Shown here one piece after another: positions 28,402-35,966 of a DNA stretch of 64,000 bases. Within the stretch, counting starts at the first letter, position 1. Every line of letters starts with the position of its first letter. A program made the position numbers and the translations under genes. Under the pieces are notes generated by a model, which saw only the letters and a list, made by a program, of their open reading frames with translations, ran no database searches and had not been told where the DNA came from. Origin of the DNA: a virus (taxonomy: Duplodnaviria; Caudoviricetes); the IMG/VR virus record IMGVR_UViG_3300037440_000315, positions 36,871 through 100,870 of that record; one strand, written 5' to 3'.

Positions 28402-29106
28402 ATGAAAAACATTCCAGTCTATTTAATTAATCTTGATGCTGACAGAGACCGTCTTGAATTCATGGATAGTCAGTTCAAAGAACTTGGCATTGCGTATGAG
28501 CGGTTCCCGGCAATACGTGGCAAAGACCTGCCGCATTGGCTATCGCCATATTTCACCGGCTCTGACCTGAGCCGAGGCGAGATCGGCTGCTACGCAAGCC
28601 ACCTCAACGTCATGAGACAGGTTGAATTGAGCGGCAAGCCGGGGCTGATCTTTGAAGACGACGAACGGATCAAGCCGGAATTCCCCGGTCTGCTGGAAGA
28701 AATCCTCAGTCTCGATCTGCCTTTCGATATTCTGCGGATAAGCTCTATCCGCAAGAAACGCATTATTCTCACTCAGGCTGAACTGTCTGGCGGCTATAAG
28801 ATCGTCCGCTATTTGCGTATCCCCATGAATATGGGGGCTTACCTGATCACGCCTGCGGGTGCACGACGGTTCATCGGATGGAAGACGCAGCGCACGGCCC
28901 CTATTGATTTCGACATGGCCAGAGTTTGGGAGCACAAGGTCAGAACGCTTGGCGTCTGGCCGGAGCCGGTTCTGCATAATGTGCTGGCGTCATCATCCAT
29001 CGATGCAATCCAGCCCCGTCATGAACTCTGGAAAGGCGGCAGAATCAAAAAGCTCGTCGATTCCATCAACCGATTATCCTACGCAATGACCGCACTAAAG
29101 CCCTGA
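28402..29106 (+). CDS. Glycosyltransferase family 25
   Basis: YLINLD....R, FPAI.G, GEIGCYASH, IFEDD, AYLIT..GA. Confidence 0.9.
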   Translation: MKNIPVYLINLDADRDRLEFMDSQFKELGIAYERFPAIRGKDLPHWLSPYFTGSDLSRGEIGCYASHLNVMRQVELSGKPGLIFEDDERIKPEFPGLLEEILSLDLPFDILRISSIRKKRIILTQAELSGGYKIVRYLRIPMNMGAYLITPAGARRFIGWKTQRTAPIDFDMARVWEHKVRTLGVWPEPVLHNVLASSSIDAIQPRHELWKGGRIKKLVDSINRLSYAMTALKP

Positions 29107-29529
29107 AGTCCCGCCGACAGCGCCGTGATAGACCTGCAGTTCACCGGCAATCAGTCCGGTGTCCCCGGCGGTAAAACGGGCTGTCAGTGAATCTCCGCAT
29201 CCGTAGACTGGCGTTGGCAAGACTGGCGTGCCGGTATCTCTTGCATCTTCCGCACCGCTTACATCGTGTGTAAACTGACGTGGAACGCGGGTAATATCAT
29301 TCCCGAGCACGAGGCTGCCTTCAGACCAGACGATCTGAGCCAGTCCGGTGTCAATCGGGCGTTTCCCGAGAAACAACGTCAGCGTGCCGATATTAGCCGG
29401 CCCGGTGTCCTGCGCGGTGGGTATCCAGCGCACCTGATCGATCGAACCGAATACCGGCTCGCGTCCAGTGTCGGTCAGCGCGGCGGAACCGTCGCCGTCA
29501 AATCTGAGAATGGTCTTGCGGATGGTCAT
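29095..29529 (-). CDS. DTG-rich small beta protein, putative virion surface protein; 5 DTG
   Basis: 144 aa, beta-rich, five DTG motifs. Confidence 0.6.
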   Translation of the reverse strand: MTIRKTILRFDGDGSAALTDTGREPVFGSIDQVRWIPTAQDTGPANIGTLTLFLGKRPIDTGLAQIVWSEGSLVLGNDITRVPRQFTHDVSGAEDARDTGTPVLPTPVYGCGDSLTARFTAGDTGLIAGELQVYHGAVGGTSGL

Positions 29530-29869
29530 TTTTTGGGTTTCTTGTCAGAGGGTTTGGAAGGCTTCGGCTTGCTCTTGCCGCCGCCATAGGTTTTCATCGG
29601 TGCTGATGCTGCCATTATCTATTCCTCATTATCCTTGATAGAAGCGCGGCGAAGCTCGCACAACAATTTCTGCTGCACTGCGATCAGTTTGAAATGGACG
29701 TCGATCAGTTTCTTTTGCGTCATGACAAGATCGGCTTTAGTTGCGATAAGTTCGAGCATTGAACGTTGGAGCCAGTAGGCTAGAAACTCATTCATCGGTT
29801 AAGCTCCTTGAGCCGCCCTTCATAGCTGATCAGGGAATACAGGACCGCCGCGCATTTCAATTCCCTCGG

Positions 29870-30247
29870 TTAATTGCCAGAAGCCGGTCCAGTGCGAAGA
29901 GCTTCTCGACGCTCCTGCATTGGGGGGCCGTCCCATAATCTTGGCTTATTGCAGCAACGTTTTTTGCAATGCTGAAGGTTATCGGCGAGGCGCTCGTTAG
30001 CTTTCATGAACGCCTGACGCTCACCGACCGGGATATGCTCGGCAACGTGCCTGAATATTCGCCGTGCTCTTGCCTTCATGCGAAGCTTGTCTCGGATACG
30101 GCGAGCACGCTTTGGCTCACCGAACCAAGGTTCCTCAATGAAAACGCCGCTGTCGGTGTATTCGGGAACTCTCCAAGTCATGCTCGTCACCATGTCGAGC
30201 CTAAGCTCGATACCCCTCGTAAACTTCCCCGCTCTTTTCTCAGCCAA
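29870..30247 (-). CDS. Hypothetical basic protein
   Basis: ORF track; start uncertain. Confidence 0.4.
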   Translation of the reverse strand: MAEKRAGKFTRGIELRLDMVTSMTWRVPEYTDSGVFIEEPWFGEPKRARRIRDKLRMKARARRIFRHVAEHIPVGERQAFMKANERLADNLQHCKKRCCNKPRLWDGPPMQERREALRTGPASGN

Positions 30248-30306
30248 GGCGGCGGGAATCCTTGAAGAGGCCAGTTATCCAATATTTTCGGATAACTGCT
30301 GCTGAA

Positions 30307-30664
30307 TTCTGGCGGGCGGGACGCTATCCCCGCTAGGAGGCTCACCCACGCTGAGAGCCTTCAGCTACGACCCCGACGAACATGCATTCTTATCGCCGCC
30401 GCCAGAAACTCTTCCACAGTTGCGTAATAGATCAGGCCCCAGCCAGCCCTTTCGGGTTTGGTTCGGATTAATACCGACGCCCACCTGAGTATGCAGGGGG
30501 CGGGCTTTCCCCTCTGCAATACGCTGCCCTGATTCATGAACTCAACAGCCGGGAGCTTATCCCCGGCTGGCCTGCCGAAGCAGGTCTTAGAATGAGCAGG
30601 GAGGGTGCGCTGGCGTCCTCACTAGCGGCTAACCTTTCGCCGTGCACGGCTGAGGCTCCTGCTC
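30307..30664 (-). ncRNA. Structured non-coding leader with several stem-loops, including a tRNA-like element
   Basis: No long ORF; stems TTCTGGCGG/CCGCCAGAA, CAGCCGGG/CCCGGCTG, CCTGC-TTCG-GCAGG, GAGCAGG/CCTGCTC. Confidence 0.45.
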
Positions 30665-30672
30665 GAACAAGG

Positions 30673-30700
30673 ATTCTAACCTAATTACGTATATGCGCAA
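30673..30700 (-). promoter_or_regulatory. Putative late promoter
   Basis: TTGCGC-N16-TAGAAT on the minus strand, immediately before the structured leader. Confidence 0.45.
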
Positions 30701-30928
30701 GAGTTTAGCGGCATCGGCGGAAATCAATCCACTGCCGGAAACCGCTCGCGAGCAAGAATCACTTTTTCAGCATCGGCGCAAGCCAAAGTCGTTGATTTTC
30801 AAGGTTTTTGAAGGGAAAGACTGATGTTGCGGTTGCTGAGTAGGCGCAATTCGGGCCAGTTAAATATAAGCCGTATCAGAAAAAAAACGCGGGCGCAAGC
30901 ACTTTTTTGCTTGACACAAATATTTTTT

Positions 30929-31492
30929 TCAGAAGCGATAAAAACGTCCGAGCCGCGTCAGCAAACACTGAATGTGGCCTATACCATTCGCGCGCGCCGT
31001 TTCTTCCTTCTTGTACCCGGCTTTCATGAAGCCGATCAACTCTATATTGAAATTCTCGTGATTTTGAACGTCGTCCTTGATAAGGTCTCGGAGAAGCAAA
31101 GCTTCGTCGTAAATCAGATAGTAGCGCATGAGGTATTCGATGTTGCGGTGCGCGTCGTTGACGAAAGCTTTCGGCACTCGGAAGCCGTCACCGTCACCAC
31201 CGTCCGTGAATTCTCCGTAAGATGATGTGACTGGACCGGACTTGCCAAAGGCTTCTTGAGCCTCCCGTCTGAAGGCGATCCAACCGCGCTGCTGGGTCAT
31301 GTCGAACTTCTTGAGCTTCCAGATGCGGTGGAGCTGCGTATTTGGCTTTGGCTCGAATGCCGCCTCCGCTTCGAGAGTGCGGTGAACCTCGTAGATCGCC
31401 ACCGCCGTCATGTCGATCCGCTTCATGACGGTGAGATCGGTAAATTCCTTGTAGACAGTTTGGTTCTGCTTTGCGGTCGTGCGCTTGCTCAT
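30929..31492 (-). CDS. Putative late transcription regulator (DUF6456-like, Q position)
   Basis: Last gene before the late promoter; C-terminal L..L..FY helix. Confidence 0.45.
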   Translation of the reverse strand: MSKRTTAKQNQTVYKEFTDLTVMKRIDMTAVAIYEVHRTLEAEAAFEPKPNTQLHRIWKLKKFDMTQQRGWIAFRREAQEAFGKSGPVTSSYGEFTDGGDGDGFRVPKAFVNDAHRNIEYLMRYYLIYDEALLLRDLIKDDVQNHENFNIELIGFMKAGYKKEETARANGIGHIQCLLTRLGRFYRF

Positions 31493-31740
31493 TCAGATTT
31501 CCCCGCTAGTGGACCGCTCACAAATCGCGCCGTTGGATCGTGAAGTCCTGAAATATTCAATCGACCGATTATGCAGTTCGGGCACAGCAAGCCGTTGCCG
31601 TTTTCATCCGGCGAAATCTCTTTCCATATGTCATCGGCAAGCAGCAAATCTTCGAAGCGGGCGCTTGCGTAGGATAAGCCACAGTCGTAACATTCTGCGG
31701 ACAGCACGCTGCGTGTCTTTCTCGGCTTGCGGTCGGTCAT
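31489..31740 (-). CDS. Small Cys-rich hypothetical protein
   Basis: CYDCG...LLCPNC. Confidence 0.55.
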   Translation of the reverse strand: MTDRKPRKTRSVLSAECYDCGLSYASARFEDLLLADDIWKEISPDENGNGLLCPNCIIGRLNISGLHDPTARFVSGPLAGKSE

Positions 31741-31990
31741 TCTGTCCCTCGCTTAACATGCTCTCAGACTTGCGACGTTGTCCCGTGACTGGCGGGTCTG
31801 TACGGGCCAACCTGCGGGCGAGAAATCCTGACAGCAGCCAGTTTGCACCGCCCAAGATAGCCGCTATCGCAAAACTGTCTTCAGCCGCTTCAGTGCCGGC
31901 ATAACGCGCTATGATGCTAAACACCCCTGCGATGAAGAACATGACCAGACCGAACGTCGCATTGAAGCGGGCTATTTTTAGTGCGGTCAT
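31631..31990 (-). CDS. Hypothetical membrane protein
   Basis: Two hydrophobic segments; ATGA coupling. Confidence 0.4.
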   Translation of the reverse strand: MTALKIARFNATFGLVMFFIAGVFSIIARYAGTEAAEDSFAIAAILGGANWLLSGFLARRLARTDPPVTGQRRKSESMLSEGQNDRPQAEKDTQRAVRRMLRLWLILRKRPLRRFAACR

Positions 31991-32169
31991 TCCCCTTGCT
32001 CCTTCTCAGCCTTACGCAGCGCCTCGGCAAGTTCCGCAAGCGGTATGCGCCATTCGGTATCTGCTGCGTAATAGTCGCCGTCGTTGTCATCGCCGCCGTA
32101 TTCGCTGCGCAACGTGATGACCAGATCGTTATTTTCAAAGCGCCATTCGCCGGTGTGGAGGAGGTGCAT
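31987..32169 (-). CDS. Hypothetical protein
   Basis: Coupled small ORF with RBS. Confidence 0.5.
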   Translation of the reverse strand: MHLLHTGEWRFENNDLVITLRSEYGGDDNDGDYYAADTEWRIPLAELAEALRKAEKEQGE

Positions 32170-32173
32170 TGGA

Positions 32174-32362
32174 TTATTCCTTTTCTGCCAGATCGATCTC
32201 GTTGTTCCTTATCACAGCTTCGAGCAGAGCCACCCGATGCCGGGAGGCTTCCAGCTCAGAGCGAAGAGATTCAGCTTCGGCTTTCCTGTCCAACCATTTG
32301 TGATAGAATTCGTTGGTCTCGTCTTCGGCGGAGCCGAGGTCGTGGATTATGTCGTCACTCAT
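32174..32362 (-). CDS. Hypothetical coiled-coil protein
   Basis: MSDDIIHDL start with GGGAG RBS. Confidence 0.5.
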   Translation of the reverse strand: MSDDIIHDLGSAEDETNEFYHKWLDRKAEAESLRSELEASRHRVALLEAVIRNNEIDLAEKE

Positions 32363-32624
32363 TGTCTGTCTCCCTGCTACGAATAGAGGCGGCGATCTGC
32401 TCCACGTGTGTGTAGCGTCGATAGAGCGGTTGCGCGCCTTCAGGCGCATCTTCCTCGCGCAGTGCAAATTCGTATCGCTCGTTCACATTGTCGTACCAGC
32501 ACCACGCTAAAGGAACTTGGTTCTTCAGACGTTGATGCACTTCGCGGAGAGCTTCGTTGTAACCCTCCGTTCGAGGATCGTTCCCAGACCTGAGAAGGCC
32601 CAGAACGCCGTCAAATATGCCCAT
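32355..32624 (-). CDS. Hypothetical protein
   Basis: Coupled ORF. Confidence 0.5.
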   Translation of the reverse strand: MGIFDGVLGLLRSGNDPRTEGYNEALREVHQRLKNQVPLAWCWYDNVNERYEFALREEDAPEGAQPLYRRYTHVEQIAASIRSRETDNE

Positions 32625-32626
32625 TG

Positions 32627-32929
32627 TCAGGCGCTCCCATTTCTGATCAGAACGGAGATTGAATTAGCGGTGACGGAACAGATATACATATCGGCCCTCT
32701 CGCGAGATCCCTGTTCAAATTTCTGGGCTGCCTCAATCTTGCTGTCCCGCTCAAGATCGGAGATTGCGGCGCAGCGCTCCCGTTCCTCCAGCCTTTCAGC
32801 TTCAAGAGCGGCGGCTATGGCGGCGAGCAGCGCTGAAAAATCTCTCGTTCCTTCCGAGACCGTCCAGTTTATGATCTCACGCGCTTTCCGTTCGAAGACG
32901 TTCTCTGTGGTTTCGATGGGGTCGGTCAT
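32627..32929 (-). CDS. Hypothetical protein with ERERCA motif
   Basis: ERERCA motif common in phage accessory proteins. Confidence 0.55.
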   Translation of the reverse strand: MTDPIETTENVFERKAREIINWTVSEGTRDFSALLAAIAAALEAERLEERERCAAISDLERDSKIEAAQKFEQGSRERADMYICSVTANSISVLIRNGSA

Positions 32930-33234
32930 GACTGGCCTCGTGCACGAATAGCGGCGGCTAATTCCTCCAAGTTCGGCATGATCGAATTTTCAATTTGATC
33001 TATGATCTCATGACCGCCGTGCTTCATAAGAATTGCGATGTCCTTCATCAACGCGATGATCTTTCGGTCAAGTATCTTCGCACAGCGTTCCCGTTCTTCC
33101 CTCACGGCATCGTCTATCGCTTTAGCGATGGCGGAGACGAGTTGATCGTAATCACCGGCCAGAAATGAATCATAAGCCATTTTCGGCACGTGGCCTTCGA
33201 CGATCTCTCTGGCTTTTTGTTCTGAGGTGCTCAT
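32926..33234 (-). CDS. Hypothetical protein with ERERCA motif
   Basis: EERERCA...AAAIRARG. Confidence 0.55.
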   Translation of the reverse strand: MSTSEQKAREIVEGHVPKMAYDSFLAGDYDQLVSAIAKAIDDAVREERERCAKILDRKIIALMKDIAILMKHGGHEIIDQIENSIMPNLEELAAAIRARGQS

Positions 33235-33497
33235 GCTGGAACCTCTGGCTTTGAGCGGATGGCGGCGGTATATTCAGCGAGAACCTGATGCACGAAGGCT
33301 CTGGATTTTTCATCGCCAATTCGATATTCAAAGCCGTCGTCAATCTTGTTCAAGGCGCGCTGCGCCAGTGGCCAGCGTGAAGCGATCTTGATCAAGCGAA
33401 GCAGATCATCGCGGTCAACCATGTTGTGGCCACTGTCTGTTTCGTGCGACGCTTCGTTCGCCATACGGCTGAGGAAATGCTTTTCGTCTTCGCTCAT
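33231..33497 (-). CDS. Hypothetical protein
   Basis: Coupled ORF. Confidence 0.5.
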   Translation of the reverse strand: MSEDEKHFLSRMANEASHETDSGHNMVDRDDLLRLIKIASRWPLAQRALNKIDDGFEYRIGDEKSRAFVHQVLAEYTAAIRSKPEVPA

Positions 33498-33958
33498 GCT
33501 GCCTTCGCTTTCAGGCTTTCAAGGTCTATGACCTGAACAGGGCCGCCGACACAGGTGGTGCGGATAATGGCGCGCTCGACAGCCGTCTTGGCATCGATGC
33601 CGCTGTCCATCGCGCCGATTGCGTGGTGAGCCGCTGTGCCGCAACCCCAAGCATCCGGCGCAAATGCCTCGACAGGATAGGGCGATTTCAGGTCATAACT
33701 TAAGCACCGGCCTTCCTTCCACACGATGACGCAGGTATCCTGAAGATCTTCGTGGACGTTGGGCTTTTTGTCCGGGTCGGCATTGTGTTCGTGGACCCAG
33801 TCGATCAGCGGCTTGTGCAAGCTGGAGGCACCGGTTACGCCATAGACGGCGTTCCCCCTGACTTCGAGCTTTTGCACTGGCTTCGACGTTCGCAAGCAGC
33901 CATTCGTCTCCTGACTGTCTGCGGCTACCAAATTTCCCGACCAAGCTATTACGGTCAT
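33494..33958 (-). CDS. Ntn-hydrolase (HslV/proteasome beta-like) peptidase
   Basis: M-T-V-I-A...AADSQ.T...KL with N-terminal Thr; A.G.G...A.GAM..G and GG.V. Confidence 0.65.
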   Translation of the reverse strand: MTVIAWSGNLVAADSQETNGCLRTSKPVQKLEVRGNAVYGVTGASSLHKPLIDWVHEHNADPDKKPNVHEDLQDTCVIVWKEGRCLSYDLKSPYPVEAFAPDAWGCGTAAHHAIGAMDSGIDAKTAVERAIIRTTCVGGPVQVIDLESLKAKAA

Positions 33959-34000
33959 GTTCCATTTCCCTCTATGCGCAATGCGCAACTATCTGGCGAT

Positions 34001-34462
34001 CTATGCGCAAGTTTCAGTGCCAGAATTGCCAGTTTCGCCGTTCAGTGCCAAATACCAATCCCGAAGCGCGCGAGCGTCGCTCAAAGCGTTGTGCGGATTA
34101 TCGGGTTCAATCTCGCCGCCGCGGATCAGGTGCATGGTGCATTCCAGCGGGATCGAAAAACCCGCATCCGCACCGATTCCGCTCAGCAGCTCGCAGAAAT
34201 GCTCGAAGTCCGCTGGCCAATCTGCTATGATCCCGGCACCGTTGAAACGGCTGATGAAAGCATGGAACGACGCCCGGAATTCATGGTTTTCCAGCGGTAG
34301 CTTGTCGAGCTTCGGGATCACGTTCTCCGATACCCACTCGCCCGGCAGGCTGGTCATCTTGCGGACCTGATACCATTCCTCGCCGTCATCGCTGACGAGC
34401 GCCATGCTGATCAGTTCGCCGCCGAACTCGTTGAATTCCGTGTCGAGAAATAATAGGCTCAT
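34001..34462 (-). CDS. DEDDh 3'-5' exoribonuclease (Rv2179c/DUF5051-like)
   Basis: FLDTEF, LISMALV, ADW..D, HNALSDA. Confidence 0.8.
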   Translation of the reverse strand: MSLLFLDTEFNEFGGELISMALVSDDGEEWYQVRKMTSLPGEWVSENVIPKLDKLPLENHEFRASFHAFISRFNGAGIIADWPADFEHFCELLSGIGADAGFSIPLECTMHLIRGGEIEPDNPHNALSDARALRDWYLALNGETGNSGTETCA

Positions 34463-34613
34463 TTCAATTTCCCTTCTTCCCGCATCCGGGCCCCGGAGAC
34501 ATAGGTGGGGCCGTGTTTACGCTCCATTGCCGCGTGGATTTTCTCAATCACACGGCATATGGCCTGCTCTTCGGTCCGGGTGAGAGGCTGGATGTTTTCC
34601 TGGTAGTCCGGAG

Positions 34614-34832
34614 TCATGCGGCCTCATAAGCCTCCATGGTCTTGCGAAAACGCCAGATCGTGGCTTCCCTTGCTTCGATCGCATCTGCTCTGAACCTGAG
34701 CCGCTCCGCATCGGAAAGCTTCAAAAAATCGATACCAGCATTCCCAGTCCCTGTGTTCACTGGATCGCTTGATGTTTCCAGGTGAGGAAGCAATGCCCGA
34801 CAAGCTTCCAGAAGTTCTGTGGGGTCTTTCAT
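34614..34832 (-). CDS. Hypothetical protein
   Basis: ORF track. Confidence 0.45.
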   Translation of the reverse strand: MKDPTELLEACRALLPHLETSSDPVNTGTGNAGIDFLKLSDAERLRFRADAIEAREATIWRFRKTMEAYEAA

Positions 34833-34842
34833 AGGAGATCCT

Positions 34843-35295
34843 TTAGCTGGCGGCGCTCAAAATTTTCTGGTTCAGCTTCACACGCATTTGCACCTGCTTA
34901 TGGCTTAGATTGCGCTTCCGGAGCGTATCAGCGAGGAAGCCAGCCTCCCAATCCGTGAGCGTGCCGTCTTCATGGAAAAACTCTATCGCCCGAGCGCCGA
35001 GCGGTCGGCAGATGTCCCCCCTGATACGGCGCAAACAGGTGAATACCGGATCGCTGTCGATACCGACAAATTGCTTCACGCAGACGTTTCCGACGTCGGT
35101 TTCATTGCCGTTCTTCAGATTGCGGATCGTGCAGATCTCGTAGATCGGATATTGCGTGCAATGGCAGCGTTCTGCCGTCTCCGACATATAAACGCCGACA
35201 AGCGTCCATTCCCGGCGGGCGATCTCCCAGATCGGCGATATGCTCAGCGAGAGGATGTGACTGCTCAGATGCTCGAAATTGTGCGAACCCATCAC
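34843..35295 (-). CDS. Cys-containing hypothetical protein (third gene of the HNH-helicase cassette)
   Basis: CHC..YPI.E.C.I.N..N.....VG..CV motif. Confidence 0.6.
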   Translation of the reverse strand: MMGSHNFEHLSSHILSLSISPIWEIARREWTLVGVYMSETAERCHCTQYPIYEICTIRNLKNGNETDVGNVCVKQFVGIDSDPVFTCLRRIRGDICRPLGARAIEFFHEDGTLTDWEAGFLADTLRKRNLSHKQVQMRVKLNQKILSAAS

Positions 35296-35966
35296 AGAAG
35301 CTCCCGAAGTTGGCGACGCTCGGCTTCGGTGAGGTCATCTGCACACCGTTCGATCAACCTGCGTATACGCTCAAAAGCGGGTAGCTTCTGGCTTGGTGAT
35401 TTCTTGCGGAAACCAGCCTCGACCATTCCGCCGTGCGGGGTTAGCTCACCGGACAAGACGCGTTCGTGGATGTCTGGACGATCCTTGCGAAGTTTACGGA
35501 TGGCGTATTCGGACGATGTGCCTGAAGGCCTGACGTTTATATCAGTTTCATTTGTATAAACGTCACGATTAATATGGATATGAGGAGGCCTCTGATTTTC
35601 CCGATCCTCCTGATCCGCAACACGATTTTGCGCGGCGAGCGCGGCCTGTTTAGTCGCCCGAAGTTGCGCCTCAATCTCATCAGCCCGCTTGCCAAGCTCG
35701 GCAGCGAACATGCGATCCTCAGTGCCATAGGGCTTGCCGATCGGCACCTTTTCCCAGGCTCGGTGCTGGCGCAACTCGGCTAAGCATTCATCGAAGCGCC
35801 TGCTATCCAAGGCTATGTCCCTGTAGCTATCCTGCAGCAGGTTCAGGGTTTGGTAGCACCACTCCGGAGAGCCCGGCACCCGAGAATTTCTCGGTGCCGT
35901 ACTTGCTTTGACCCGATGTTTGTCAGGCTGCCCGAGCATTGAGGTACCCTTCCAGATGCTTCTCAA
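35292..35966 (-). CDS. Hypothetical protein with HTH-like C-terminus
   Basis: GTS..Y..RKL..DRPD....V..GE.T......AG; overlaps the helicase stop. Confidence 0.6.
   Translation of the reverse strand: MRSIWKGTSMLGQPDKHRVKASTAPRNSRVPGSPEWCYQTLNLLQDSYRDIALDSRRFDECLAELRQHRAWEKVPIGKPYGTEDRMFAAELGKRADEIEAQLRATKQAALAAQNRVADQEDRENQRPPHIHINRDVYTNETDINVRPSGTSSEYAIRKLRKDRPDIHERVLSGELTPHGGMVEAGFRKKSPSQKLPAFERIRRLIERCADDLTEAERRQLRELL

Noticed and set aside
26161-29529. DTG enrichment as a DNA-level repeat or recombination site
   Set aside because: Synonymous codons differ between copies and flanks are unrelated; only the peptide is conserved.
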